Origin: Bacteriovoracaceae bacterium
GTDB lineage: Bacteria > Bdellovibrionota > UBA1018
Reading direction: 5' to 3'
NCBI GenBank assembly: GCA_947500275.1
Contig: CANMSW010000001.1
Span: 1-34,091 of the forward strand
Length of the DNA: 34,091 nucleotides
In this document: in pieces, positions 1-9,301 of the stretch
Position numbering within the stretch: the stretch's first letter is position 1
Layout of the letters: every line of letters begins with the position of its first letter
The notes under the pieces: generated by a model
Seen by the model: only the letters and a program-made list of their open reading frames with translations
Database searches by the model: none
What the model was told of the DNA's origin: nothing
Program-made: the position numbers and the translations under genes

Positions 1-105
1 CTGGGCTGCATGGAGCGCAGGCAAGAGCAACGCTACTTTCGTGGGGTAGCGGGGCTCGAGTTTCTTCATTTGTTCGTAAAACTTTGTCGAAAGTATTTTC
101 GCCAT
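1..105 (-). CDS. nuoE: NADH-quinone oxidoreductase subunit E (24 kDa subunit), first 35 codons only; gene runs off the left edge
   Basis: Hand translation of the reverse strand from ATG at 105 gives MAKILSTKFYEQMKKLEPRYPTKVALLLPALHAAQ. This matches the conserved NuoE N-terminus (..YP....AllPaLh.aQ). A GAGGTG Shine-Dalgarno lies 4 nt upstream. The gene sits 49 nt downstream of nuoD in canonical order. It is absent from the ORF track because it is truncated. Confidence 0.75.
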   Translation of the reverse strand, partial: MAKILSTKFYEQMKKLEPRYPTKVALLLPALHAAQ

Positions 106-154
106 ACTTCACCTCAAAATGCGCCCAAAGTATGCTGGCGCCGTTGCCCTGCTC

Positions 155-1435
155 TTAGCGGTCTAGTTCGCCAGCGATGATGTTCATACTGCCCAAGAGT
201 CCGACCATATCCGCGATCTTCAAGCCGTCAGAAACTGGCGTGAGGGTCTGAAAATGGTAAAACGAGGGCCCACGAATTCTCATGCGGTGGGCGGCCGGAC
301 CGCCCTTGCTCACGATATAGAATCCGAGTTCGCCATTGGGTGCTTCAAAAGTGGTGTAGGCCTCGCCCGGAGGCACCTCGAAGCCGGTCATGAAAAACTT
401 AAAGTGATGGATCAGACCTTCCATCGTATTGTGAACGACGTCCTTTTCAGGAATGCGAACTCGCTTGTCATCTGCCCAGATCGGACCTTTTTTAATTCGA
501 TCACAGCACTGACTGATAATATTTAAGGACTGCCGAATCTCTTCCATTCGAACCAAATAGCGGTCGAACACGTCGCCATTTTGGGCAATCGGTACATCAA
601 ACTCCATGTCCTTATAAAACATCGATGGCTGGTCGCGCCGCAGGTCGTAGTTCAGGCCCGCCGCCCTTACTGCCGGACCCGTGACACTGTAGGCTTGGCA
701 AAGTTTTGCGTCCATAATGCCGACGCCAATCGTACGCTGACACCAAATTTTATTGCCCGTGAGCAAGGCGTCCATCTCGTCGATGACGACCCGGGTGCGC
801 TTTACCCAGTCTTTAACTTGTTTTTCCCAACCCTCAGGCGCGTCGGCCATCAGGCCACCAATACGAGTGTAAGAGGTGGTCAGTCGTGCACCGCAAAGCT
901 TTTCAATCAGCGTGTAGGCTTCTTCCCGCTGGTGGAATCCATAAAGGAAAAAGGAAAACGCACCCAGGTCGACCGCGTTGATACCGACACAAATGAGATG
1001 GTCGATGACTCGTGCAAGTTCGCAACAAATCATCCGAATCCAGACAGCGCGATCGGGAACCTGAACGCCCATGAGCCGCTCGACCGACATGGCATAGGTC
1101 ACATTGTTCACGAGCGCCGAACAGTAGTTCAACCGATCCGTGTAGACCACGAACTGGTGGTAAGTTCGGTTTTCACCCAGCTTTTCTTTGGCACGATGGG
1201 TGTAACCAAATTCACAGTACGACTTTTCAATCGTTTCACCGTTAATCTTAGCCACCATTCGAAGCGCACCGTGCATCGCTGGGTGCGTTGGACCAATATT
1301 CACGATCACTCGCGAATCACCCCAGAGATCGTCCGGGTCATGGTCCACTGAGTAGTGTCCACCTTGCGGTAAACCCAGGTCGGGGAGTCGTTCGTTTTTC
1401 ATGATGTTCTCGGAGGTCTTCTGGTCGATCGACAT
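155..1435 (-). CDS. nuoD: NADH-quinone oxidoreductase subunit D (49 kDa), canonical copy
   Basis: 426 aa. Carries GPTHPAMHGALRM (canonical HPxxHG loop), TDRLNYCS (quinone-site Tyr present) and the C-terminal NIIAGELDR. Order is nuoC-nuoD-nuoE. Confidence 0.95.
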   Translation of the reverse strand: MSIDQKTSENIMKNERLPDLGLPQGGHYSVDHDPDDLWGDSRVIVNIGPTHPAMHGALRMVAKINGETIEKSYCEFGYTHRAKEKLGENRTYHQFVVYTDRLNYCSALVNNVTYAMSVERLMGVQVPDRAVWIRMICCELARVIDHLICVGINAVDLGAFSFFLYGFHQREEAYTLIEKLCGARLTTSYTRIGGLMADAPEGWEKQVKDWVKRTRVVIDEMDALLTGNKIWCQRTIGVGIMDAKLCQAYSVTGPAVRAAGLNYDLRRDQPSMFYKDMEFDVPIAQNGDVFDRYLVRMEEIRQSLNIISQCCDRIKKGPIWADDKRVRIPEKDVVHNTMEGLIHHFKFFMTGFEVPPGEAYTTFEAPNGELGFYIVSKGGPAAHRMRIRGPSFYHFQTLTPVSDGLKIADMVGLLGSMNIIAGELDR

Positions 1436-1487
1436 TTACGCTAGCTCCGTGGTTCCAAAATGCGCTCTTAAAGGTTGAAAATCCTGT

Positions 1488-2057
1488 TTAATAATTGAGG
1501 AGCGATGGATCGATCGCCTCAGGGGTCGGGAAAATTTGATATCCGCGAAGAGGATAGTCCTTACGCAATGGATGTCCTTCCCAGCGAACGTCCATAAGAA
1601 TGCGACGAAGATCCGGGTGGCCCTCAAAGCGAACCCCGAACATGTCCCAAACTTCACGCTCAGCCCAGTTCGCGGCGGGCCAAAGACTGATCGCCGTGGG
1701 AACTGCATTTTCCTCATCCGTCCTTACCTTCACCCGAACACGTGACATCGATTTGCGTGAGAGCAGGTTGTAAACAACGTGAAATCGTGGTGCCGACTCC
1801 TCGTCGGTTGCGGTCAAATCAGCGAGAAAGCCGTATTCAAACCCTGCATCGTTTTTCATGAAACCAAGCACATCGATAATTCGGGCTGCTTGGACGAAAA
1901 TGATCGGGACATCAGTGTTCGCTTCTTTTGGAAACAAAACCTCTTCAATGGCGTCGCCAAACTTTTCCTTTAAGGTTTGAACTTGCTTCTTCCAGAGCTC
2001 ACCAAACTTTTCGAGTTGATCGCCATAGATGGTAGGAACGGGTGTGTTAATATCCAT
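1488..2057 (-). CDS. nuoC: NADH-quinone oxidoreductase subunit C (30 kDa), canonical copy
   Basis: 189 aa. Contains AEREVWDMFGVRFEGHPDLRRIL...HPLRKDYP, the typical 30 kDa subunit signature. Lies between nuoB and nuoD. Confidence 0.93.
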   Translation of the reverse strand: MDINTPVPTIYGDQLEKFGELWKKQVQTLKEKFGDAIEEVLFPKEANTDVPIIFVQAARIIDVLGFMKNDAGFEYGFLADLTATDEESAPRFHVVYNLLSRKSMSRVRVKVRTDEENAVPTAISLWPAANWAEREVWDMFGVRFEGHPDLRRILMDVRWEGHPLRKDYPLRGYQIFPTPEAIDPSLLNY

Positions 2058-2123
2058 TTTTTCCGACTCTCTTGTTCTGGTCTTTCCGGGTAATTGATCT
2101 CTTCGCGAAAAAAAGACTCTGTA

Positions 2124-2639
2124 CTAGGTAATCGACTTCAGAGTTCCTGCGCGGGATTGCCGCTCGCGGCGTTGGGCTACAGTTTCACCTTTTTGAATCT
2201 GCTCCTGAAGACGGATCAAAGAGTGCAAAACGCCCTCAGGCGCTGGAGGACAGCCGGGAACGTAGACATCAACAGGGATGACCGTATCAATCCCTTGAGT
2301 GACGCTATAAACATTGAAGATTCCGCCAGACGAGGCGCACGCACCAAATGACATGACCCACTTTGGTTCACTCATCTGATCATAAACCGTCTTCAAGACC
2401 GGAGCCATCTTGGCGTTAATGATCCCCGCGACAATCAGTAAGTCCGCTTGCCGGGGCGAAAAGCGAATGGCCTCGGCACCAAATCGAGCCATGTCGTAGT
2501 CAGAGCAAAGTGTGGCCATCATCTCGATTCCACAGCAGCTCGTCCCAAACGGAAGAGGAAACAAAGAGTGCTTACGTGCCCAATTTACGACCGCGTCTAC
2601 ACGAGTGGTGAAATATGCTGCTGACCCGTCTTTGCTCAT
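2124..2639 (-). CDS. nuoB: NADH-quinone oxidoreductase subunit B (20 kDa, N2 cluster), canonical copy
   Basis: 171 aa. Contains GTSCCGIEMM, SPRQADLLIVAG, GACASSGG and PGCPPAPE, so all four N2 Cys positions are present. Confidence 0.95.
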   Translation of the reverse strand: MSKDGSAAYFTTRVDAVVNWARKHSLFPLPFGTSCCGIEMMATLCSDYDMARFGAEAIRFSPRQADLLIVAGIINAKMAPVLKTVYDQMSEPKWVMSFGACASSGGIFNVYSVTQGIDTVIPVDVYVPGCPPAPEGVLHSLIRLQEQIQKGETVAQRRERQSRAGTLKSIT

Positions 2640-2685
2640 GTTCTTGCTCCTGCGTGTTGAATCTGAAGTTGGGACTCAGTGACGA

Positions 2686-3045
2686 TCACTCCCACTCCAG
2701 CGCGCCCTTCCGAAGAATGTACCAATAGCCAACAAGAAGGATCGCCGTGAAGACGACCATCTCGACCAAAATGAAAGAGTTTATAGTGAGGAACTTTCTG
2801 TAAACAACGGCCCAGGGGTAAAAGAAGAGAACCTCAACATCGAAAAGAAGAAAAAGGATCGCGACCAAATAGAACCGCACCGAGAATCTCTGGCGCGCGT
2901 CTCCGAGCGGAGGAACCCCGCACTCGAACGGCTGATCCTTCAGCGCATGCTTAATTCGCGGCCCAAGAAGGTGTGTAATCACAAGAACCGCGGCAGCGAC
3001 TAACACGCCCACTGCCATTAGCATCAAGACTGGAATATAGCTCAT
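2686..3045 (-). CDS. nuoA: NADH-quinone oxidoreductase subunit A, canonical copy
   Basis: 119 aa, three TM segments. Contains PFECG and RFSVRFYLVAILFLLFDVEVLFFYPWA; the conserved Asp/Glu of the FDVE motif are present. AGGATGG RBS upstream. Confidence 0.93.
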   Translation of the reverse strand: MSYIPVLMLMAVGVLVAAAVLVITHLLGPRIKHALKDQPFECGVPPLGDARQRFSVRFYLVAILFLLFDVEVLFFYPWAVVYRKFLTINSFILVEMVVFTAILLVGYWYILRKGALEWE

Positions 3046-3237
3046 AGACTAACCATCCTCTGATGTTCGCGCCTGAAGACAACCTCAAGCTCCCTAAAAA
3101 CACACCGAGAGTGACTGAATGAAGACCCACACTCCTCAGTCGCAACGCGAACTTAAGAGCGCAAGCCTCAATCACAACCTCTCGATTAGAGCTTTCGCTC
3201 TCAAGAGTACACGAGGAGCTTAAAACATTTGTAGGCT

Positions 3238-3267
3238 TTTATAGCGATGCGGCGTGTCCTAGGCCAA
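3238..3267 (-). promoter_or_regulatory. Candidate sigma70-type promoter for the canonical nuoA-B-C-D-E... operon
   Basis: The reverse strand reads TTGGCC-18 nt-TATAAA, just downstream of the preceding terminator and about 190 nt upstream of the nuoA start. This is a by-eye consensus match only. Confidence 0.25.
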
Positions 3268-3270
3268 GTG

Positions 3271-3300
3271 AAAAACGGGGGCCTCCTCTGTCGGGCCCCC
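3271..3300 (-). terminator. Rho-independent terminator ending the 11-gene nuo-like operon
   Basis: Reverse-strand RNA is GGGGGCC-(10 nt loop)-GGCCCCC followed by GUUUUU. It starts 10 nt after the nuoN-like stop at 3310. Confidence 0.7.
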
Positions 3301-3309
3301 ATAAAAGTG

Positions 3310-4833
3310 TCAGGGAAACATCAGTCCCTGGGTTGCGCGCTCAAGGAGGCGGAAAAGTGCGTCCGAAAAAATGGCCGCCGTGATCAGAGGAAAAAGAAAG
3401 AGCCCCATGAAGAGCCGCTGCCCGCGGACCCGTGCGGGGGTGGGTAGCCAAACTCGCTCATCGACCAACGGTGATCCCGGCGCAACAGTCTGGGTTGCAA
3501 ACCCACCCATCAAACTGAAGATCAATCTTCCAGCGGCTAGGGTGTTCAGCGCTATCGCAGCGACCCCGGCCGCGGCGAGCCCGTACCACTCGTGATCCAC
3601 TGCCGATCCCAAAAGGGCAAACTTGCCGACAAAGCCTGGCATGGGGGGAAGTCCGATGAGTGCGCAGAGACAAAGCACGAGGGCGATGCTTTCCGGTACG
3701 TTCGCTTGAAACGCTCCCCGCAGCCGATTGAGCGCATCCGAGCCCAGACGATCTACAAAAATCTGGAGAACGAATAGTGCCCCCATGAGGCCAACAAGGC
3801 TTACAAAAAATGAGTAGAGAACCGCAGAGAGGCCCTCCTGATCGAGCACAAGAATTCCTAAAAGACTAAACCCCGCTTCGGTGAGCGCAAGAGTCGCGAT
3901 CATTCGGCGTCCTGAGGTCTGCCCCAGTGCGAGCACGGGGCCAATCAAGAGACTAAACGCCACCAGCACGGCCATCGGTCCTGTCCAGTCGAACTGTCCA
4001 AGGATGGTCCAATGCCGAGCTGGGCCAGCCGAATCCATTTCAACGGTACCGAAAACCTGGGTTAATACGCGTATCCATGCGACCAATCCGCCTGCACGCG
4101 TCGCTACGGAAATGAAAGATGAAGAGGGAGTAGGAGGCCCCTCAAGCGCATCGGCAAACCAAGTATGAAATGGAAATGCGGCTACATAGAAGGACAAGCC
4201 CATCAGCAAAAAAAGCCAGACCATCGCACCCGCCTGAATACTCAAGGGCGCAGCCACCAGGGCTGCGTGAATCTGGTCCAGGCGCGTCGAATGGGTTGCG
4301 CTAAAAAGAAGAGCGATTCCAAATAGCAAGAAAGTTCCAGACACTACCGATAGGACCAGGTACTTCACGGCTGCCTCTGTTGACCGCACTGATCCCGTTC
4401 CGAAGGCCGCCAAGAAGCCACAAGAAACACTCAGAAGCTGCAAGCAGGCCCAAATCAGAAAGAGGTCTGAAGCCGATGAAAGGACTGTCAGCGCCAGTGC
4501 CCCGCCCAAGACAAGAATCTGGAATTCAGGGCGCCGATGTTGAGCAATTTCGTCAGAAAGCTGGGCGGAACCGACCGCGTAGAGTGCCAGCACTATAGCC
4601 AAGACCTTAAAAAAGACTGCGACACCATCTACTTTTACGCTGCCCTGAAACCCCGCAGATATGCCGAAGCGGGCGATAAGAAACACCTGAAGAAGTGCTC
4701 CCACTAGGCCAAAAACAATCGTCAACCAACCGACCCTGATTCGCTCGCCCCGATAGCCGAGCTCCCCCAAGACGGCGCCTACCATCGTGATCAAAATGAA
4801 TACTTCCGGTAATAAAATCAGAAAATCATTCAT
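3310..4833 (-). CDS. nuoN: NuoN-like antiporter-type subunit of the divergent 11-gene complex I-like operon
   Basis: 507 aa polytopic protein. Contains STEAAVKYLVLSVVSGTFLLFG, AFPFHTWFADALEGPPTPSS and GLPPMPGFVGKFALL (ND2/NuoN pattern). It is the last gene of the operon. Confidence 0.85.
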   Translation of the reverse strand: MNDFLILLPEVFILITMVGAVLGELGYRGERIRVGWLTIVFGLVGALLQVFLIARFGISAGFQGSVKVDGVAVFFKVLAIVLALYAVGSAQLSDEIAQHRRPEFQILVLGGALALTVLSSASDLFLIWACLQLLSVSCGFLAAFGTGSVRSTEAAVKYLVLSVVSGTFLLFGIALLFSATHSTRLDQIHAALVAAPLSIQAGAMVWLFLLMGLSFYVAAFPFHTWFADALEGPPTPSSSFISVATRAGGLVAWIRVLTQVFGTVEMDSAGPARHWTILGQFDWTGPMAVLVAFSLLIGPVLALGQTSGRRMIATLALTEAGFSLLGILVLDQEGLSAVLYSFFVSLVGLMGALFVLQIFVDRLGSDALNRLRGAFQANVPESIALVLCLCALIGLPPMPGFVGKFALLGSAVDHEWYGLAAAGVAAIALNTLAAGRLIFSLMGGFATQTVAPGSPLVDERVWLPTPARVRGQRLFMGLFLFPLITAAIFSDALFRLLERATQGLMFP

Positions 4834-4842
4834 AGCTCAGCC

Positions 4843-6429
4843 TCAATTAAACGAAGAAAGCATCGCCAAAACGGTCGGTCTGACTAAATCGAGTAAGGGC
4901 TTCGGATAAACACCAAAGCCGACGAGTGCGATGACAACCGGAATCAAATAAAGCTTCTCCCGGGGACGAAGGTCTTCAAATGCGGCCGTGAGGGCTGTCG
5001 TTTGTCCCAAGAATACACGCCGGTACATGTTGAGGATCGTATAGGTCCCTAGAAGAAGCGCACCCCCAGCCGCAATCACGACGAATGGATGGAAAGAATA
5101 GCCACCAATCACGAGAAGCGCATGAGAGACAAAACCACCCACGCCCGGAACCCCTAAGATTGAGGCCGAAGCGATCGCTGCCACCAATGCTGCCCCCGGT
5201 GCTCCTAGGGCAACTCCACCTAATGTAGAATCTTTCGACTCCGTATCGGCCGTAAAGAGCTCACTTCGGGTTCTCTCTGATATTACTCCAACCAAAAGAC
5301 CAAGGGCGGCCAGCGCCAAGCCCACCACGAGTTGCTGATAAACGGCGCCCACGAAGCCTGCCTGGCTAAGCGAGCCCACGCCCATCAACAAAAGGCCCAG
5401 TTCCCCGAGCGCAACAAACGCGAGCAGCGATCGAAGGCCTCTTTGTGCAACTGCGCACACACCACCGACCAACAAATTAACAACCCCGACCACAACGACT
5501 GCTGAGGCCACCTTGCCCAAGGTTTCTGGAAATAACTGAGTCGAGAGCCGCATAAAAATAGAAGGAGCAACGGCGAGCACAGTAACCACCGATGCGACCA
5601 AAACAGTGGCCGGCGCCTCTACGGCAACCTTAGTGAACCATCCATGAAAGGGCCATATCGGAGCGCGTAATATAAGTCCGCTGGTCATCAGAAAAAACGC
5701 TAAATCAGAAGTGCTCACATTGTAGCCAAGAATCTCAAACCCGGCACCACGGATCCCCCCCTGAGCGAGCAAACGAAGCGAGAACGTGTTCGGTTCAGCT
5801 GAATAATAGACAACGAGAAGCGCGCCGAAAAAAAGCGCGTTTCCAAGGGCAGCCGTAACGATACTCCTAAAGGCGGCTGACTCCCGATCTGCGCCACCCC
5901 AAATCCCGATAAGAAAATAGAAGGGCAGAGCGGACATCGACCAAAAAAAGAAAAGAAGAAACAGATCTTGGGCGCAAACGGCACCAAGCAAGGATGCCTG
6001 TAAAATGAGGAGGAGTCCGTGAATTCCGCGCCTTCCAGCGCCTCGGGTCCATTCGGCAGCGATCAAGAGCGGAAAAACCAGAGAAATCAGAATCACGACA
6101 GGGGCGCTCAGACCATCTAGCCCAAGTTCATAACTAATCGCATAGGAACCAATCCAGGGTAAAGACTCGACAATCTGGGGTTCGGCAACCTTAGGATGCA
6201 TCGACGCCACAAGGACTACACCGCAGATTGCGCTCGCTAAACTTGCACTCAGGGCGGCCCAACTCGCTGACCCCTCTCCTAATCGACTTGGCTTAGCAGA
6301 AACATCAGCGCTGGGGCTGTTCGTCTCTCCATCTCGACTCGAGGCGGGAACTTGGCCTCCAATCACGGTCTGAAGAATAGCGCCCAAAACGGGCGTTGCG
6401 AGCATAAATGTGATGAGATGCTGAACCAA
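4843..6429 (-). CDS. nuoM: NuoM-like antiporter-type subunit (divergent)
   Basis: 528 aa. Contains LGLDGLSAPVVIL, FFFWSMSALPFYFLIGIWGG and WPFHGWFTKVAVEAPAT (ND4/NuoM pattern). TTG start preceded by GGAGGTG. Confidence 0.85.
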   Translation of the reverse strand: MVQHLITFMLATPVLGAILQTVIGGQVPASSRDGETNSPSADVSAKPSRLGEGSASWAALSASLASAICGVVLVASMHPKVAEPQIVESLPWIGSYAISYELGLDGLSAPVVILISLVFPLLIAAEWTRGAGRRGIHGLLLILQASLLGAVCAQDLFLLFFFWSMSALPFYFLIGIWGGADRESAAFRSIVTAALGNALFFGALLVVYYSAEPNTFSLRLLAQGGIRGAGFEILGYNVSTSDLAFFLMTSGLILRAPIWPFHGWFTKVAVEAPATVLVASVVTVLAVAPSIFMRLSTQLFPETLGKVASAVVVVGVVNLLVGGVCAVAQRGLRSLLAFVALGELGLLLMGVGSLSQAGFVGAVYQQLVVGLALAALGLLVGVISERTRSELFTADTESKDSTLGGVALGAPGAALVAAIASASILGVPGVGGFVSHALLVIGGYSFHPFVVIAAGGALLLGTYTILNMYRRVFLGQTTALTAAFEDLRPREKLYLIPVVIALVGFGVYPKPLLDLVRPTVLAMLSSFN

Positions 6430-6481
6430 GGACCACCTCCACGACTAAAGGCACTCAGGCCTCCAGTTCAGGGCATAAGAG

Positions 6482-8425
6482 CTATTGTTGACTTACCAAG
6501 AAATGTATCAGCAGAGATATTCCTGCGCCAATTGCGAACGTCACGTACCATTGAAGATTCCCAGTGTGAGCAGACTGTACTGCCCCCGTAGCAGCGGTCG
6601 ATAGCGCGTAAGCAACTCGTGCGATCAGATTACTCAACGCACGATCTACCTTCCCAAAAGCGCGCCCAGCAGACTGCACACCGCGGTTTAAAACATAAGG
6701 CGCCCAAGTGTTTGAAAACTTTTCATCAATCCAGGTTTGCAGGTGCCGTCCTACAAACCTAAATGCGTCGGCGAGACCCGCGAATGCTCTCTCCGTTCCG
6801 TACCCGCCCGAGACAAAGGCCGAGAGCCGTGGCGCGTAGGCCACAAACTTGCGAAACGGGCCAATACCTGATGCCCCATTCCACCAAGCGATCAAGATGG
6901 AGGTCAACAAAAGCGCGAAGTGTACACCTATGACGAGAGTGTTGACGCTGTCGCCGCGACCGTTAGGGGAAATCCGCTCGAGCACCGAGCCCAGCACTCG
7001 GTCAGAGAAAATACTTGCGTCAAGACCGGTGAGTGTTCCGTTCCAAAAAACCCCAAACCCAACGAAAATTACTAAAACAGGAATTGATAACCAGCGCCCC
7101 TGAATAAAACTTTTTTCGCTCTCATGCTTAAAGGCGGTTCCCAGTTGCCAGGCTACCCGAGCGCCACATGCGGAAACGAGAAAGCTGCACAAAAGAACGA
7201 CCGCCGCGCGAGCGGGCGACTGTTGCATAGATTCAGCATAAAGGGCCACAAACCCTCCTGCGGAAGCAAAAAGAAGTCCGCCGGCCGAAGAAAACGCCCC
7301 AAGCAGAGCCACCGAAAGTAACCAATTCGAACCATTTTTAGTGCTTTTCGATGACTTTTCGATCGCGCAGTCCACCTTTTTTGCAGCGCCGTCGGCCAAG
7401 AGGGCCCACCCTAAACTTACGGTCACCGCAGTCAAACAGATTGGAACTGCTACATGGGCGCCGACAAAACCCAAAGATGCAAAGGATACCATTCCAATGG
7501 CTGAGAGCCAGAGAGACGCCGCGTTCATCCAGTTGTTTTGAAAGAAACTTGAAGTGGCCGCTAGAATCGCTGCCAAAGAGCCAATCCAACCCAAGGCTGT
7601 CTCTAGTCCTGCAGCGCGGATGAGCGACTCGTTCCTGATGAGCGCTCCCAGTGAAACCCAAAGCGGTGCAGCCTGTGCTATATAAATCCGCGTTAGCGGT
7701 CCCGAGGGGGCATGCCGAGTGAGTCGACCCAAGAGCGGGAACGGTTGAGCAAAAACGAAGATTCCCGCGAGCAACAGAATAGGACCTAAACCTTTGGCTG
7801 CGACGGCCGGAGTCAGGCTTTGAATGTGCGTGATTGCGCCTGCGCCCAGTACTGCAAGCAGAATCGCGCTAATTCTCTCAATACCAAATGACATCATGAA
7901 TTCAGCGCCTTCAGGGTCCCGCCAGTGACCACCAAGTGCTATGACTCCACCGAGTGCAGCAAAGACCATCCCTAAAAAGGATGCCCACGGCGTGATTCCC
8001 GACCATGCTAGGACCGAACCCATGAGTGAAAAGCCTATTGCTGATGCAAACCTTCCTACCCCAGTCCACCTCTGCCTTGCCCAAACGTAGACCTGTAGTA
8101 GGACTGCAAGCGTAGCCGCTGCAATTCCCGACGACACCCCAAGGACGTCGACACTCATTCCAAACCGAATCGCAAGACCCTGTCTTCGAGGTAAGATCCA
8201 TCCCGATATCCAGTCAAAAGAGGATTGATCCTCGAGACTGAGATCATAGCCCAACCAACCCAAAAGGACGAGCAGCCCTACGCTGGCAATTAGGACCGGC
8301 ACACTCGCTAGTGTCGGGATTCTTCTTCCGAAGAAAAACGCGAGCAGGCTTGCGAAACCCAAAAAGAGTATTCCGAGAGCGAGCGGTTCGGGAGAATGCA
8401 GGAGTGGACTAAGATCACTTTTCAT
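6482..8425 (-). CDS. nuoL: NuoL-like antiporter-type subunit (highly divergent) with C-terminal lateral-helix region
   Basis: 647 aa. Contains RWTGVGRFASAIGF (compare WEGVGLCSYLLIGF) and AQPFPLLGRL (compare AQxPLHxWL). A long amphipathic C-terminal stretch ends in SAHTGNLQWYVTFAIGAG, which resembles the NuoL HL helix and last TM. It lies between nuoK-like and nuoM-like. Confidence 0.75.
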   Translation of the reverse strand: MKSDLSPLLHSPEPLALGILFLGFASLLAFFFGRRIPTLASVPVLIASVGLLVLLGWLGYDLSLEDQSSFDWISGWILPRRQGLAIRFGMSVDVLGVSSGIAAATLAVLLQVYVWARQRWTGVGRFASAIGFSLMGSVLAWSGITPWASFLGMVFAALGGVIALGGHWRDPEGAEFMMSFGIERISAILLAVLGAGAITHIQSLTPAVAAKGLGPILLLAGIFVFAQPFPLLGRLTRHAPSGPLTRIYIAQAAPLWVSLGALIRNESLIRAAGLETALGWIGSLAAILAATSSFFQNNWMNAASLWLSAIGMVSFASLGFVGAHVAVPICLTAVTVSLGWALLADGAAKKVDCAIEKSSKSTKNGSNWLLSVALLGAFSSAGGLLFASAGGFVALYAESMQQSPARAAVVLLCSFLVSACGARVAWQLGTAFKHESEKSFIQGRWLSIPVLVIFVGFGVFWNGTLTGLDASIFSDRVLGSVLERISPNGRGDSVNTLVIGVHFALLLTSILIAWWNGASGIGPFRKFVAYAPRLSAFVSGGYGTERAFAGLADAFRFVGRHLQTWIDEKFSNTWAPYVLNRGVQSAGRAFGKVDRALSNLIARVAYALSTAATGAVQSAHTGNLQWYVTFAIGAGISLLIHFLVSQQ

Positions 8426-8432
8426 AGGCGCT

Positions 8433-8732
8433 CTAGTTTTTCAGGTTTTCAATTTCACTTAAATCTACATTGCCGCGCAGATAAAAGAGCCGCGTGGAAA
8501 GCCCAAGTCCGATTCCAAATTGCGCTAAACCGGCTAATAAAATCACTACTGCGTAGGCCTCTCCTGATGAGACAGGGAAGCTGTCAGAGCCAATACCGGA
8601 AACCAAAAAGGCTAATGCGGCAGACAGACTGAGAAGCTGTATTCCTACCAGAAGCCTCAGTACGCCTGCGCGAAGCAGAACGCAAAGGAGTCCCGAGACA
8701 GCGAGCATCGCTACAGGCATATAATAAATCAT
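8433..8732 (-). CDS. nuoK: NuoK-like subunit (divergent)
   Basis: 99 aa, three TM segments. It aligns along its whole length with E. coli NuoK (LLVGIQLLSLSAALAFLVSG / VVILLAGLAQFGIGLGL). ATGA overlap with the upstream nuoJ-like gene. Confidence 0.85.
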   Translation of the reverse strand: MIYYMPVAMLAVSGLLCVLLRAGVLRLLVGIQLLSLSAALAFLVSGIGSDSFPVSSGEAYAVVILLAGLAQFGIGLGLSTRLFYLRGNVDLSEIENLKN

Positions 8733-9301
8733 GATTCCGACACCCCACCCTGAGCGGCGGCCCGTTTAAGAACCCTGGGTCTCGATATTGCTCCAACGCC
8801 AACTATAGTGAGAAAGGTGCCTACCCCCACCATGAGAAGCGCAAGCATTGGTCCGTTTGCTAGCGCCTCACCTAAGCGTGCTACGGCAGACGCACCCGAC
8901 TTACCGAGGGTGCCCTCCGCTCCATGTTTCTGTAAGCCCAGGCCGTTCACACCTAGCAAGAAAGTCCAACCCAGGGCGACGCTCACCAAGAGGCCACCCA
9001 CCGGGAGAAACGCTGCCAACTTCCCCCTCGGATGGGCAGCCCGTGCCCGTCGCGAGGACGCGCCCTCCGATGGGTCCAGGATTTCCCCAAAGGTCGAACC
9101 ATAGGCCAAAAAAGCGACAGTACTTGAAGATCCCAACACCCAAACGAGGAGTGTTATAAACTCAGCTCCGAAGTGGAGAGCAATACATCCGAAGAGGAGG
9201 TTCACACACCACAGCGCAAGCACGGCACTCGTAAAACTTCTCCCAAGCGCTGCGAACATGCTTGCGACTCCCAGTAAAGCCGAGAGCACCCAAATCATCA
9301 T
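8729..9301 (-). CDS. nuoJ: NuoJ-like subunit (divergent)
   Basis: 190 aa membrane protein. Contains HFGAEFITLLVWVLG (compare GAxFLAxxQxxVYxGA) and a C-terminal GPMLALLMVGVG. Position between nuoI-like and nuoK-like, with ATGA overlaps on both sides. Confidence 0.7.
   Translation of the reverse strand: MMIWVLSALLGVASMFAALGRSFTSAVLALWCVNLLFGCIALHFGAEFITLLVWVLGSSSTVAFLAYGSTFGEILDPSEGASSRRARAAHPRGKLAAFLPVGGLLVSVALGWTFLLGVNGLGLQKHGAEGTLGKSGASAVARLGEALANGPMLALLMVGVGTFLTIVGVGAISRPRVLKRAAAQGGVSES

Noticed and set aside
581-1351. A 256-aa plus-strand ORF antisense to nuoD.
   Set aside because: It lies entirely inside a strongly conserved nuoD. The product is Arg/His/Val-rich and low-complexity with no recognisable motif, which is a typical shadow ORF.
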